From Candidatus Bathyarchaeia archaeon (GTDB taxonomy: Archaea; Thermoproteota; Bathyarchaeia; Bathyarchaeales; Bathycorpusculaceae), in the NCBI GenBank assembly GCA_049512075.1, contig JBEKXL010000030.1, positions 1 through 25,735 on the forward strand: a stretch of 25,735 nt of DNA, written 5' to 3'. Made by a program: the position numbers and the translations under genes. Position 1 is the first letter of the stretch, and every line of letters starts with the position of its first letter. Positions 1-8,691 of the stretch are shown piece after piece. Below the pieces are notes generated by a model. That model was not told where the DNA came from and ran no database searches. It saw only the letters and a list, made by a program, of their open reading frames with translations.

Positions 1-57
1 ACAGCAGTTGCGGCAGCTTTCGGAATTCTAGCAGTATTCAAAAGAAGGAAGCAATGA
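1..57 (+). CDS. 3' end of a duplicate copy of the small PE-CTERM protein (partial)
   Basis: Reads TAVAAAFGILAVFKRRKQ*, identical to the end of 167..424. May be an assembly overlap. Confidence 0.5.
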   Translation, partial: TAVAAAFGILAVFKRRKQ

Positions 58-127
58 TAGCACTTACAGCCTGAGTTTCGTGCCCAATAATATTCTTGTT
101 TAGGAAATAATCCTTAAGAACTTTCTG
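1..127. repeat. Exact 127-bp direct repeat, copy 1 (copy 2 at 368-494)
   Basis: 1-127 is identical to 368-494 and diverges at 128/495. It covers the 3' end of the small PE-CTERM gene plus downstream DNA. Confidence 0.95.
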
Positions 128-166
128 TGATCATAAGCTTTTAAGAAAGTGTTTGGTGAGGGAGAT

Positions 167-424
167 ATGTCTAGAAAAAAAGGATCTCTGATAGTTCTTG
201 GATTGATTTTATTGGGTCTGGCCGTAATTTTGGTAGGGATACACCTCAACTCTCAGACGGGCACTGCCAATAACAGTAACAACTCAAGCCCGACTAATGA
301 TACGGATGGACCAAAAGGAAAGGTTCTAGTTACGCCTGAAATTCCATTTGGAACCATAGGGTCAGTTACAGCAGTTGCGGCAGCTTTCGGAATTCTAGCA
401 GTATTCAAAAGAAGGAAGCAATGA
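167..424 (+). CDS. Small membrane/secreted protein with PEF-CTERM-like sorting signal
   Basis: GGAG before ATG 167; N-terminal hydrophobic helix; N/S/T-rich linker; C-terminal VTPEIP + TM helix + KRRKQ. Confidence 0.8.
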   Translation: MSRKKGSLIVLGLILLGLAVILVGIHLNSQTGTANNSNNSSPTNDTDGPKGKVLVTPEIPFGTIGSVTAVAAAFGILAVFKRRKQ

Positions 425-494
425 TAGCACTTACAGCCTGAGTTTCGTGCCCAATAATATTCTTGTTTAGGAAATAATCCTTAAGAACTTTCTG
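368..494. repeat. Exact 127-bp direct repeat, copy 2
   Basis: Identical to 1-127. Confidence 0.95.
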
Positions 495-614
495 CGAGCC
501 ATGGTTCTGTTGGTATTAGATAATTCATTGCAGGATCAAGTGACCTATATTGCAAGTACTCTTGAATAATGTCGAAGGATTTCATGGAAGCTGCCCCTCA
601 AAAGCAATCAGACG

Positions 615-2687
615 TTGACCATGGGTCAATTTCCAAGAGGTTGGAGTTTGCTTCGTTTGAATAATCCAATATCCCAGCAATTTAGACACCAACTGCAAGA
701 TGGCGGCATTATTGTTGCCTTGAAGACATTGACGGTTATAGCTGTAATTGTAGCATTCTATTTTCAAGATATGAGGATACTGTTTGGCGACGCACTAAAT
801 GATGAATCCACAAGTTACATACTGGTTATCCCGATAATTTTTGCTTACCTGCTTTTCCGAAAGCGAAAGATGCTGAGAGCAACAATTTCGATTGAAAACT
901 CAAATAGGTCTATGATCAACACGGTACAAATCACTGCAGTTGGCGTTCTGGTATGCACTTTGGCAATTCTGCTCTATTGGCAAAGCGCATATACCTTCAC
1001 TCCGCTCGAGTACCAAATTCTCACAATGCCTATCTTTGTAACTGGTTTGATTCTGATACTTTTTAATCTGCAGACACTGCGCCAGACAGTTTTTCCGATA
1101 CTGTTTCTTGCTTTTCTAACGCCTCCGCCTTCTGAGCTATTGTACAGTTTTGGGTCGACCTTATCTGTAATCAGCTCCGAGGCATCGGCTGCAATAGCAA
1201 ACGTTTTTGGAATAAACGCCACAGTCTCGTACGAATCCACCTCACCTATCATACATTTGGTGCGGCAAGGCAACATTTCGATGGATTTCGCCGTGGACAT
1301 AGCTTGTTCCGGCATCTACAGCCTTATGGGCTTCCTGATTTTTGCAGTTTTTGTGGCTTATATCGTGCGCGACAAACCTTGGAAGAAAATCATGATACTA
1401 ATTCTAGGTCTTCCACTTATCTATCTCCTAAATATCCTCCGCATAACGACCATCTTGCTTATCGGCTATCAATGGGGAGAACAACTAGCTCTCGATGTCT
1501 TCCACATGCTCGGAGGTTGGATGCTTATATTTATCGGAACACTCTTTCTGCTAGTAACCTCAGAGAAACTACTACGGGCTCAGATATTCCCTAAGCAAGG
1601 CCGAGAACATATCGAATTCCGCAAGATAGGCGACTCCTCAACTATCCGTTTTCACAAAGCCGATGTTCTGAAAATAGTAGCGATCCTACTATCAGTGATG
1701 TTATTGGCATCAGCACAGGCTCCAGTTTTCGCAATCACGAAGGGACCGATGCAACCGATCATACAGACATCAACGGGCGAAGAGGGAAACACAGAGATTC
1801 TGCCTAATATGGCGGGCTATTCTTTGAGTTTTCTCTATCGAGACACGGGATTTGAAGAAAAAGCCAAACAGGATGCCTCATTAGTATATTTGTACACGCC
1901 GGATGATCAATCGTGGCAGACTGTCTGGGTGGCTGTTGAAGTTGCCCAGAGTACCTCTTCCTTGCACCATTGGGAATATTGTCTGGTCGACTGGGCGACA
2001 GAACGTGGATTGGAGCCTGGAGTTACCCAATTAGAACTGAAAGACGTTCAAATTCTTGCCAACCCTCCAATGGTGGCCAGATACTTCGGTTTTCAACATC
2101 ACAGTGACAACCAAACTCAGTTGGTGCTATATTGGTATGAAACAAGCACTTTTACCATCAACAATGTGACTCAACAAGAGCACGTAAAAATAAGCCTCAT
2201 TGCCTACCCTCAAAGACCTGAAGACATACAGAAAATCGAGACTCAACTCCAACCAATGGCAGAGGCAATCGCCAATTACTGGCAACCTCTAAAGACCCTA
2301 TCATTCATAAGTGCGGCAATTGCCCAACTAGGTATCCCGCTAGTCATCATACTCATAGGATTGATAGTCGCGCTTGTGGCTTTTAACCTCTTCGAACTGG
2401 CAAAAAGAGCGAACGAAAACAAAAATATCTATCAAAAACTTTCCAAATCAAACCAACAACTCGTGGATGCAATTCACGAGGCGGAGAGAACATCCATCGC
2501 GACACTTGAAAACATTCGACAAAATTACGAGAAAATTGCTTGCAATCATCTGTCTAAATCAGAGCTTCAGGAGCAGATCATTGGCCTCCAGCAAATAGGC
2601 ATAATTGGAGACAGAATAATAAATAACTTAGATAACCCAATACACGCATGGACATTGCAGACTCGCTTTGGACTAGGAAAGCGCTAG
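615..2687 (+). CDS. Exosortase/archaeosortase family protein with EpsI-like extracellular domain and C-terminal wHTH-like domain
   Basis: Multi-TM N-terminal half with the Cys-Arg-His triad (IACSG, NILRI, VFHMLGG). EpsI-like region (HHWEYCL, VLYWY), then a TM helix and a cytoplasmic helical domain. Start could be ATG 621. Confidence 0.88.
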   Translation: MTMGQFPRGWSLLRLNNPISQQFRHQLQDGGIIVALKTLTVIAVIVAFYFQDMRILFGDALNDESTSYILVIPIIFAYLLFRKRKMLRATISIENSNRSMINTVQITAVGVLVCTLAILLYWQSAYTFTPLEYQILTMPIFVTGLILILFNLQTLRQTVFPILFLAFLTPPPSELLYSFGSTLSVISSEASAAIANVFGINATVSYESTSPIIHLVRQGNISMDFAVDIACSGIYSLMGFLIFAVFVAYIVRDKPWKKIMILILGLPLIYLLNILRITTILLIGYQWGEQLALDVFHMLGGWMLIFIGTLFLLVTSEKLLRAQIFPKQGREHIEFRKIGDSSTIRFHKADVLKIVAILLSVMLLASAQAPVFAITKGPMQPIIQTSTGEEGNTEILPNMAGYSLSFLYRDTGFEEKAKQDASLVYLYTPDDQSWQTVWVAVEVAQSTSSLHHWEYCLVDWATERGLEPGVTQLELKDVQILANPPMVARYFGFQHHSDNQTQLVLYWYETSTFTINNVTQQEHVKISLIAYPQRPEDIQKIETQLQPMAEAIANYWQPLKTLSFISAAIAQLGIPLVIILIGLIVALVAFNLFELAKRANENKNIYQKLSKSNQQLVDAIHEAERTSIATLENIRQNYEKIACNHLSKSELQEQIIGLQQIGIIGDRIINNLDNPIHAWTLQTRFGLGKR

Positions 2688-2989
2688 GAAACAAAATCAT
2701 AAATAAAGAAGTGAGGGAATTAAATGTCAGCGCGCGCGCAACCGCCAACCTCAACAGAATACGAGAAGCCTTCCAGCAAACCACACGAGAAGAATTGTCA
2801 GACGAAAAGCTCCAGCAAGAACTCCTCAGCCTGGAAAAAACCGGTTTGATAAGACGCCGCCTAGTCAGCAACCAGGACTCACCCGTTCAAGCATGGCAAA
2901 CAGACATAAGCACGCCACAGTTTAGAAAAGGGTTAACGACAATAACAAGACAAAAAGAGGGCAAAGATGTCCACAGACAAAACTCTTAA
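2648..2989 (+). pseudogene. Stand-alone or remnant copy of the exosortase C-terminal wHTH-like domain
   Basis: LNRIREAFQQTTREELSDEKLQQELLSLEKTGLIRRRLVSNQDSPVQAW aligns without gaps to LENIRQNYEKIACNHLSKSELQEQIIGLQQIGIIGDRIINNLDNPIHAW. No convincing start of its own. Confidence 0.6.
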
Positions 2990-3809
2990 GATAAGACTCG
3001 ACACTTCAGGCATTCTCCTCTTCTTCCTGGGAGTCGCAGCGCTAATAGTTTCAATAGTCTACACGTCCTTGGTGCTGGCTTTCATCGGCTTGGGCCTGAC
3101 GTTCTGGGGAGCCATCCTCTCGTACATACACTCCGACGAATACGTGAAAGGGAGCCTTCTGAGCGCAACCGCAACTCCGCTCCTCTCAACTCTGAACCAA
3201 ACCCTAGACGAACTCGACTACAACGGCAAACCCGTGTACCTCCCCCCAAAGTACCTCAACGCCCCCGATGAAAGCAAAGTCTACATTCCTAAATCAACAA
3301 ACTCAAAACTGCCCACCCCCGAACAAGTCCAAACGCTCGAAAACCAAACCCCCAGCAGGGACCAGCAGGGTCTCCTACTGACGCCTCCAGGCGCTGAATT
3401 GGCAAGACTGTTCGAGAAAACGTTGGGAACAACCTTCACAAGAACAGACCTAAACTACCTCGTGAAAAACATGCCCAAACTCGTGGTTGAAGGCCTGGAA
3501 ATAGCCACGGACCTCGAAATCACTCCCGAAACAGCCAAACCAGCAGCACAGACAGAAAGCGTTCCCGCGCAACATCAGAAAGGACTGGACAAAATCCACG
3601 TGAAAATAACCGATTCAATCTACGAGGAAATGGACAAGCAGGTCGACCAAATGGCCAGAATCCACGGCAACATCGGATGCCCACTCACAAGCGCCCTAGC
3701 CTGTGCCATCGCAAAATCAACGGGCACCCCCACGATAATAGCGGATGAAAAGACAAGCGACGACGGCAGAACAAAAGAGGTTGACTACTACACGTACGAA
3801 GAGGAGTAG
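2967..3809 (+). CDS. Hypothetical membrane protein (2 N-terminal TM helices, soluble domain with GCPxxSA motif)
   Basis: 280-aa ORF with local codon style, in operon arrangement. Confidence 0.8.
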   Translation: MSTDKTLKIRLDTSGILLFFLGVAALIVSIVYTSLVLAFIGLGLTFWGAILSYIHSDEYVKGSLLSATATPLLSTLNQTLDELDYNGKPVYLPPKYLNAPDESKVYIPKSTNSKLPTPEQVQTLENQTPSRDQQGLLLTPPGAELARLFEKTLGTTFTRTDLNYLVKNMPKLVVEGLEIATDLEITPETAKPAAQTESVPAQHQKGLDKIHVKITDSIYEEMDKQVDQMARIHGNIGCPLTSALACAIAKSTGTPTIIADEKTSDDGRTKEVDYYTYEEE

Positions 3810-3816
3810 CTGACAA

Positions 3817-4029
3817 ATGAACTTCCCCCTCGGCATCTGGGACATAAGCCTCTTACTAGCCATGTGCGCAATGGTACTGCTCGTCACATCGGAACTCCTC
3901 TCACCCCACTACGGCAGAGCAGGCATCAAAATCAACAGAAACAAACTGAAAAACACGGCAATCGCCTTCTCACTACTTTTTCTGGCGACCGTGGCAATAA
4001 GAATAGTGAACATCCTAATCAACCCCTAG
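3817..4029 (+). CDS. Small 2-TM membrane protein
   Basis: GAGGAG upstream; two hydrophobic segments; starts 7 nt after the previous stop. Confidence 0.75.
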   Translation: MNFPLGIWDISLLLAMCAMVLLVTSELLSPHYGRAGIKINRNKLKNTAIAFSLLFLATVAIRIVNILINP

Positions 4030-4087
4030 GAGCCACCATCTCAGCCTACATGAAGCCGTACGCAACTTTTGACTCTCCAATTGAAGA

Positions 4088-4165
4088 TTCCTCTATAAAA
4101 ATAATCCACAGGAATTCTCTAGAAGAATATTCCACGGGAATCTTCTATAGGAATATTCCTCGGGT
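4088..4165. promoter_or_regulatory. Operator-like tandem array (3 x 26 bp, six 13-bp-spaced TTCCnnnGGAA-like units) upstream of TATA box TTTATAT at 4167-4173
   Basis: Units: TTCCTCTATAAAAATAATCCACAGGA / ATTCTCTAGAAGAATATTCCACGGGA / ATCTTCTATAGGAATATTCCTCGGGT. Confidence 0.6.
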
Positions 4166-4205
4166 GTTTATATCAACGCTCAACGACTTTTTTTTCGGTG
4201 AAAGG

Positions 4206-4943
4206 ATGAGAAGGCCAAAACTCTCATTAGTACTATTAGCAGGCATAGTGCTACTTCTAATCGCTCTTCCAATAGTAGCAGCAGACAGCAACATCCAATG
4301 CGGATGCAGCAGCAACATCCAAGTAATCCCCGTGGGCTCTAAAGAAACCGGCAAACCACTAATCACTGACTCTCCCGCAAACCTCATAATATTCCACACG
4401 GGCCAAGGACCAATCACAAACGTCTGGCTCCTCATAGTCATCAACAAACCCACCTACGACAACCTCGTCAGCATAACAGTCAACGGAACAGCATTCATGA
4501 CTAAAAGCGACTTCCAACTCGTAACCGACAAGAAAATCCCGTCGGAAAATACAAACTGGAAGACGGGCTACCCAGGCTCCGAATGCCAATACGAAGTCGC
4601 TGCAATAAGAAGCAACATGGACGAAGCCAAGAACAGCCCCGTATACTACGGGCTCAAGTTCATCCTGCAAAAAATAACGACAAGCCCAACCCACTTCCAA
4701 CTGGCAGTAAACCTCAGCGGCCCCGCAAAGCTCAAAGCGCTAATCCTCGGCCTCGGCATGTACTACCCAACCGAGAAAACGTTCGGACCCAGCATATCTT
4801 GCTTCCCCATCAGCTACCCGTTCAACAGAGACTCAAGCTTCAGCAAGAGCACGTTCGTCGTCCCAGAAGTCGCCACACTAGCGCTCACAGCCTCGCCATT
4901 CGGCGCCCTCGGCCTCTACACAGTCAAACGCAAGAAAAAATAA
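4206..4943 (+). CDS. Secreted surface protein with PEF-CTERM-like signal (VVPEV-TM-KRKKK)
   Basis: GGTGA upstream of ATG 4206; signal peptide MRRPKLSLVLL...; C-terminal FVVPEVATLALTASPFGALGLYTVKRKKK. The ORF-track start at 3864 is an unlikely extension. Confidence 0.8.
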   Translation: MRRPKLSLVLLAGIVLLLIALPIVAADSNIQCGCSSNIQVIPVGSKETGKPLITDSPANLIIFHTGQGPITNVWLLIVINKPTYDNLVSITVNGTAFMTKSDFQLVTDKKIPSENTNWKTGYPGSECQYEVAAIRSNMDEAKNSPVYYGLKFILQKITTSPTHFQLAVNLSGPAKLKALILGLGMYYPTEKTFGPSISCFPISYPFNRDSSFSKSTFVVPEVATLALTASPFGALGLYTVKRKKK

Positions 4944-5019
4944 ATCTCCCCACCTCTTTTTCTAACCTTTTTATATCCCCAAATAGCATAGTCTATCAAT
5001 TTCTGAAGGCCACATCAAC

Positions 5020-5685
5020 TTGAACAACGAAACAACAATAGAAAACCTCGCAGAAACAATACTGCAAATCACAGCCCAACAGAAACCCGAAACAGTCAGC
5101 CAACTCGTCGAACTCGTAAGACAAGCATACTACGCCCAAAACAGGGAAATGCTCGACGTAAGACAAGCCTACGACGCCCAAAGCAAGGCAATCCTCAGCA
5201 TCATCCTGCAACTGCAAGAACAGGGAAAACTGCAACTAACATCACGCCCTCAGCAAACACTCGCAACCTCAGCCTACCTGAAAACGTCCGCGGCCCTCTG
5301 GTTCTGGGCAACCTTGGCCTTAACGTTCGCAACCCTCGTAGCCGTGTTCACCATACCCGAAACAGCCTACCCACTGGTCTACATAAGATATGTTCTGGGC
5401 ACACTCTTCGTCCTCTGGCTGCCAGGCTACGCGTTCATAAAAGCCCTGTTCCCCCAACAACATCCAATCAAAACGAGCGAAAAAGACCTGGACATCATCG
5501 AACGCACAGCCTTGAGCGTCGGCATGAGCCTGGCCCTCGTTCCCATGGTGGGCCTACTCCTAAACTATACACCGTGGGGCATCCGCCTAACACCGATAGT
5601 CCTAAGCCTGGTCGCACTGACCGCAATCTTCGCCCTCGCCGCAGTCTTGAGAGAACACCAAATCAGCATTTCTAAAAAAGCATGA
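5020..5685 (+). CDS. DUF1616-like membrane protein
   Basis: FVLWLPGYAFIKALFP, ERTALSVGMSLA and LLNYTPWGIRL motifs are typical of this archaeal family. Confidence 0.78.
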   Translation: MNNETTIENLAETILQITAQQKPETVSQLVELVRQAYYAQNREMLDVRQAYDAQSKAILSIILQLQEQGKLQLTSRPQQTLATSAYLKTSAALWFWATLALTFATLVAVFTIPETAYPLVYIRYVLGTLFVLWLPGYAFIKALFPQQHPIKTSEKDLDIIERTALSVGMSLALVPMVGLLLNYTPWGIRLTPIVLSLVALTAIFALAAVLREHQISISKKA

Positions 5686-5824
5686 ACGTAGCAAGCGTGC
5701 ACGTCTGCAAGAAACATGGGAAAACGTCGATAAGAAACTTGGGGAAGGGCGGTTCTCAGCCTTTGATTCTGAGTGCCGTCTTCGAGTTCCAATCGCACTG
5801 TTATTGCGGGTGTCTGTTGTGAAG

Positions 5825-6340
5825 CTACTGAGCGGCCGTGATGGTTATGTCGAAGCTGAAGCTTGTGATGCCGCTGATGCTCGATGAGACGTTGAGACTC
5901 AGCAGGGCTTGGACCACTTGGTTGGGCTGCAGCACGTAACCGTTACGATTCCATCCGAGCGCAAAGTAGCTTGCAGCCGAAGCCGGATTCCAGTTAGCCG
6001 CTTGTATGCTCAACGTGACCGCCACGTTGCCCTCGTTCCTCACGTACATCGTTGCCGTTGCCGTTCCGCCAGGACTAAGGGTTCCCCACTGAATGCTGCT
6101 TAGCACAGTCGTGCAGCCATTGTCTGAATATATGCCTAGCTGCACGGTTGGTGAAGGTGAAGGCGACGGACTCGGTGAAGGTGAAGGACTGGGTGAAGGC
6201 GACGGAGAAGGTGTGACGACTACGATGTTGCCCGTGTTACTAACTGTGCGAGTTGCAACGAGTGCGCCCAGAGCGCTCATGACTAGACCCATAACCGCTA
6301 ATGCTAAGACCGTTCCCGTGGTTGCTCTTCGCATGGCCAT
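5825..6340 (-). CDS. Secreted beta-sandwich protein with (Ser-Pro)n insertion; possible TasA/CalY-like filament subunit
   Basis: Signal peptide; VSNTGNI; IQWGTLSPG and YVRNEGN motifs; terminal beta strand FSFDITITAAQ. The family link is inference. Confidence 0.75.
   Translation of the reverse strand: MAMRRATTGTVLALAVMGLVMSALGALVATRTVSNTGNIVVVTPSPSPSPSPSPSPSPSPSPSPTVQLGIYSDNGCTTVLSSIQWGTLSPGGTATATMYVRNEGNVAVTLSIQAANWNPASAASYFALGWNRNGYVLQPNQVVQALLSLNVSSSISGITSFSFDITITAAQ
6149..6214 (-). repeat. Coding low-complexity repeat TPSPSPSPSPSPSPSPSPSPT
   Basis: GGTGAA-like hexamer array with synonymous variation. Confidence 0.85.
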
Positions 6341-6577
6341 AACTTTTCACTTGAACAAACAGGGTAATCTGAAGTCTTAATAAATCTTATTGTCTACACT
6401 GCCAACACAAATACACATCACAAAACATACACACCAATAAAAACAGGCAAACAACACCCAAAACCCATCTAAAATGTACAACAGAACACAAAACTCACCC
6501 CCAATACTTATCCTGATTTCATAAAAGCTTTAACCCCGCCAAAACACCACACAACCGTCCACATAGAAAATTGACAC

Positions 6578-6787
6578 GTGAAAAACCAAATGCGCAACCG
6601 ACTAATCAAACTATTATTACTACCAGTCGCAGTGTTCCTCTGGATAATAGGCTGGACAATGATGTGGGCAGGCACCCGCAAAGAACAAGAAACCCGACCC
6701 GAGACCGCTGCAGAAGAAGAGTCAATCACGATAATGCCCATGATACCCGAAGAACAGGAACAATGCGAAGCCAGAACACGCGCATAA
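6578..6787 (+). CDS. Small single-TM protein with acidic tail
   Basis: LLLLPVAVFLWIIGWTMMW helix followed by a Glu-rich tail. Confidence 0.6.
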   Translation: MKNQMRNRLIKLLLLPVAVFLWIIGWTMMWAGTRKEQETRPETAAEEESITIMPMIPEEQEQCEARTRA

Positions 6788-7002
6788 CCCATCGAATTCT
6801 AGTGCACACAAAGAACCGCATAAAAAAAACGCAAACTAGTTTATTTCTATCGGCAGCCTTTCAGCCCGCACGCTCAAAAGAGGCGGTTACCGACAGCCAG
6901 AGGACAATGTGAAAACTGAGACAAATTCTAAATACTATTACATGCTCACAAACCTTCTAGAGCGGCCGCTAACTACCGGTTACAACACAGGATGTAAAAA
7001 CA

Positions 7003-7971
7003 ATGGTTGAACGAATGATGCTTGTCACGGGTGGAGCCGGCTTCATAGGCAGCCACTTGACAGAGGAGCTGCTGAAAGAAGGGCACAGGGTAGCCGTTCT
7101 CGACAACTTTTCAAACGGAAAAACAGAAAACATCCAGCACCTGCGGGACAATGCTTCGTTAACGCTGGTCAAAGAGGACTTGAAGAAACCGAAGAAGCTG
7201 TGGCAACTCGTAAGAGCGTCGGACACGATTTTCCATCTGGCCGCAAACCCCGAAGTAAAACTAGGCGAAACCGATCCAAAAACGCATTTTGAAGAAAACA
7301 TCCTGGCAACGTTCAACCTGCTCGAAGCCATGAGAAAAAGTGGAAAACCAAAAACCCTCGTCTTCGCCTCAACGTCCACCGTATACGGAGAAGCCAAACA
7401 GGTTCCAACACCCGAAGACTATGGGCCGCTCATACCCATCTCAACCTACGGCGCCTCAAAACTCGCCTGCGAAGCCCTCATCACAAGCTACGCACACACG
7501 TTCAACCACCACGCGCTAATCCTCCGCCTAGCCAACATCATAGGCCCAAGATCCAACCACGGAGTCATAGTCGACTTCATCAAAAAAATCAAGGCCAACC
7601 CAAACGAGCTCACGATACTCGGAGACGGAAAACAGGAAAAATCCTACCTCTACATAACAGACTGCATCGAAGCAATCATACACCTGACCGAAACCTTCTC
7701 CAAAAGCAAAGAAAAAATCGACGTGTACAACGTCGGCTCCAACGACAAGGTAACCGTCACACAAATCGCAAAAACCGTCGCAAAAGAAATGAACACACCC
7801 CGCGTGAAATTCAAGTTCACAGGCGGAGTCGACGGCGGAAGAGGATGGAAGGGCGACGTGAAAACAATGCAACTCTCCATAGACAAACTCGTCCAAACCG
7901 GATGGAAACCAACCTACACGAGCAGACAAGCCGTGAAACTCGCCGCAAAAGCCCTCGCCGAAGCCAACTGA
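7003..7971 (+). CDS. NAD-dependent NDP-sugar epimerase/dehydratase (GalE-like extended SDR)
   Basis: [22 protein letters not shown] and YGASK motifs. Confidence 0.93.
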   Translation: MVERMMLVTGGAGFIGSHLTEELLKEGHRVAVLDNFSNGKTENIQHLRDNASLTLVKEDLKKPKKLWQLVRASDTIFHLAANPEVKLGETDPKTHFEENILATFNLLEAMRKSGKPKTLVFASTSTVYGEAKQVPTPEDYGPLIPISTYGASKLACEALITSYAHTFNHHALILRLANIIGPRSNHGVIVDFIKKIKANPNELTILGDGKQEKSYLYITDCIEAIIHLTETFSKSKEKIDVYNVGSNDKVTVTQIAKTVAKEMNTPRVKFKFTGGVDGGRGWKGDVKTMQLSIDKLVQTGWKPTYTSRQAVKLAAKALAEAN

Positions 7972-8028
7972 GGCCATAGGCTTATATCGTCTGGTCTGCT
8001 GTTCAAGCCGAAAACGGAGGCCTGCAAC

Positions 8029-8691
8029 TCGTTCGCCGTCGGCCACATGGCCTTTGGCTACCTTTCAAGCAAGACTTCATCCAAGCTGCTGAAGACAAAG
8101 CTCAACATCCCATTAGCGCTCATGTTGTCGGTTCTTCCAGACGCTGATCTACTGCTTCGCCAAATCCCGTTCATCCAGCACCGCGGGGCGACGCACTCAA
8201 TCATCAGCGCACTCATCGTCTTCGCGCCCCTCTTCGTAATCTACCGCAAACAAGCAGTACCCTACTTCGTAGCCCTGATCCAGCACGGTCTGGTCGGCGA
8301 CTACATCGCAGGCGGTCGCGTCCAACTCCTCTGGCCCATCACGAACACGGGCTTCGGCACAAGCCTCGACATCAGAAGCCTCACAAACCAAACCCTAGAA
8401 TGGACCATGTTCCTGGCAGCAATACTGCTCATGCTAAAGTTGAAAGACTATGTATCGTTCTTCAGACCCCACGCCTCAAACCTGATCCTCATCATACCAG
8501 CTTTCACCGTGCTGCTGCCCACGCTCCTGAGCACGCCGATGGAAGTACCCGCCCTGCTGATACCGCCACACATATTCTACCTGATAATGTTCGCCGTAGC
8601 CATCCTCATCGAGGCCCGTGCCCTATTCGTTAACCATTCAAAACCGCGCAAACCCACGAATCCCGCCGAAAACAAAAAGGGAATAGGCTAG
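8029..8691 (+). CDS. Membrane-bound metal-dependent hydrolase (YdjM-like)
   Basis: LPDAD, HRGATHS and HGLVGD motifs. First ATG is at 8047, but FAVGH and a GGAGG lie upstream, so the start is uncertain. Confidence 0.82.
   Translation, partial: SFAVGHMAFGYLSSKTSSKLLKTKLNIPLALMLSVLPDADLLLRQIPFIQHRGATHSIISALIVFAPLFVIYRKQAVPYFVALIQHGLVGDYIAGGRVQLLWPITNTGFGTSLDIRSLTNQTLEWTMFLAAILLMLKLKDYVSFFRPHASNLILIIPAFTVLLPTLLSTPMEVPALLIPPHIFYLIMFAVAILIEARALFVNHSKPRKPTNPAENKKGIG

Noticed and set aside
4088-4165. CRISPR array
   Set aside because: The units are contiguous and degenerate, with no unique spacers and no cas genes.
3864-4205. N-terminal extension of the 359-aa ORF
   Set aside because: It overlaps 3817..4029 and the operator array; the signal peptide, TATA box and RBS point to ATG 4206.
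4284-4322. CAGCAACATCCAA repeated twice
   Set aside because: A tiny coding duplication (SNIQ) with no evident wider meaning.
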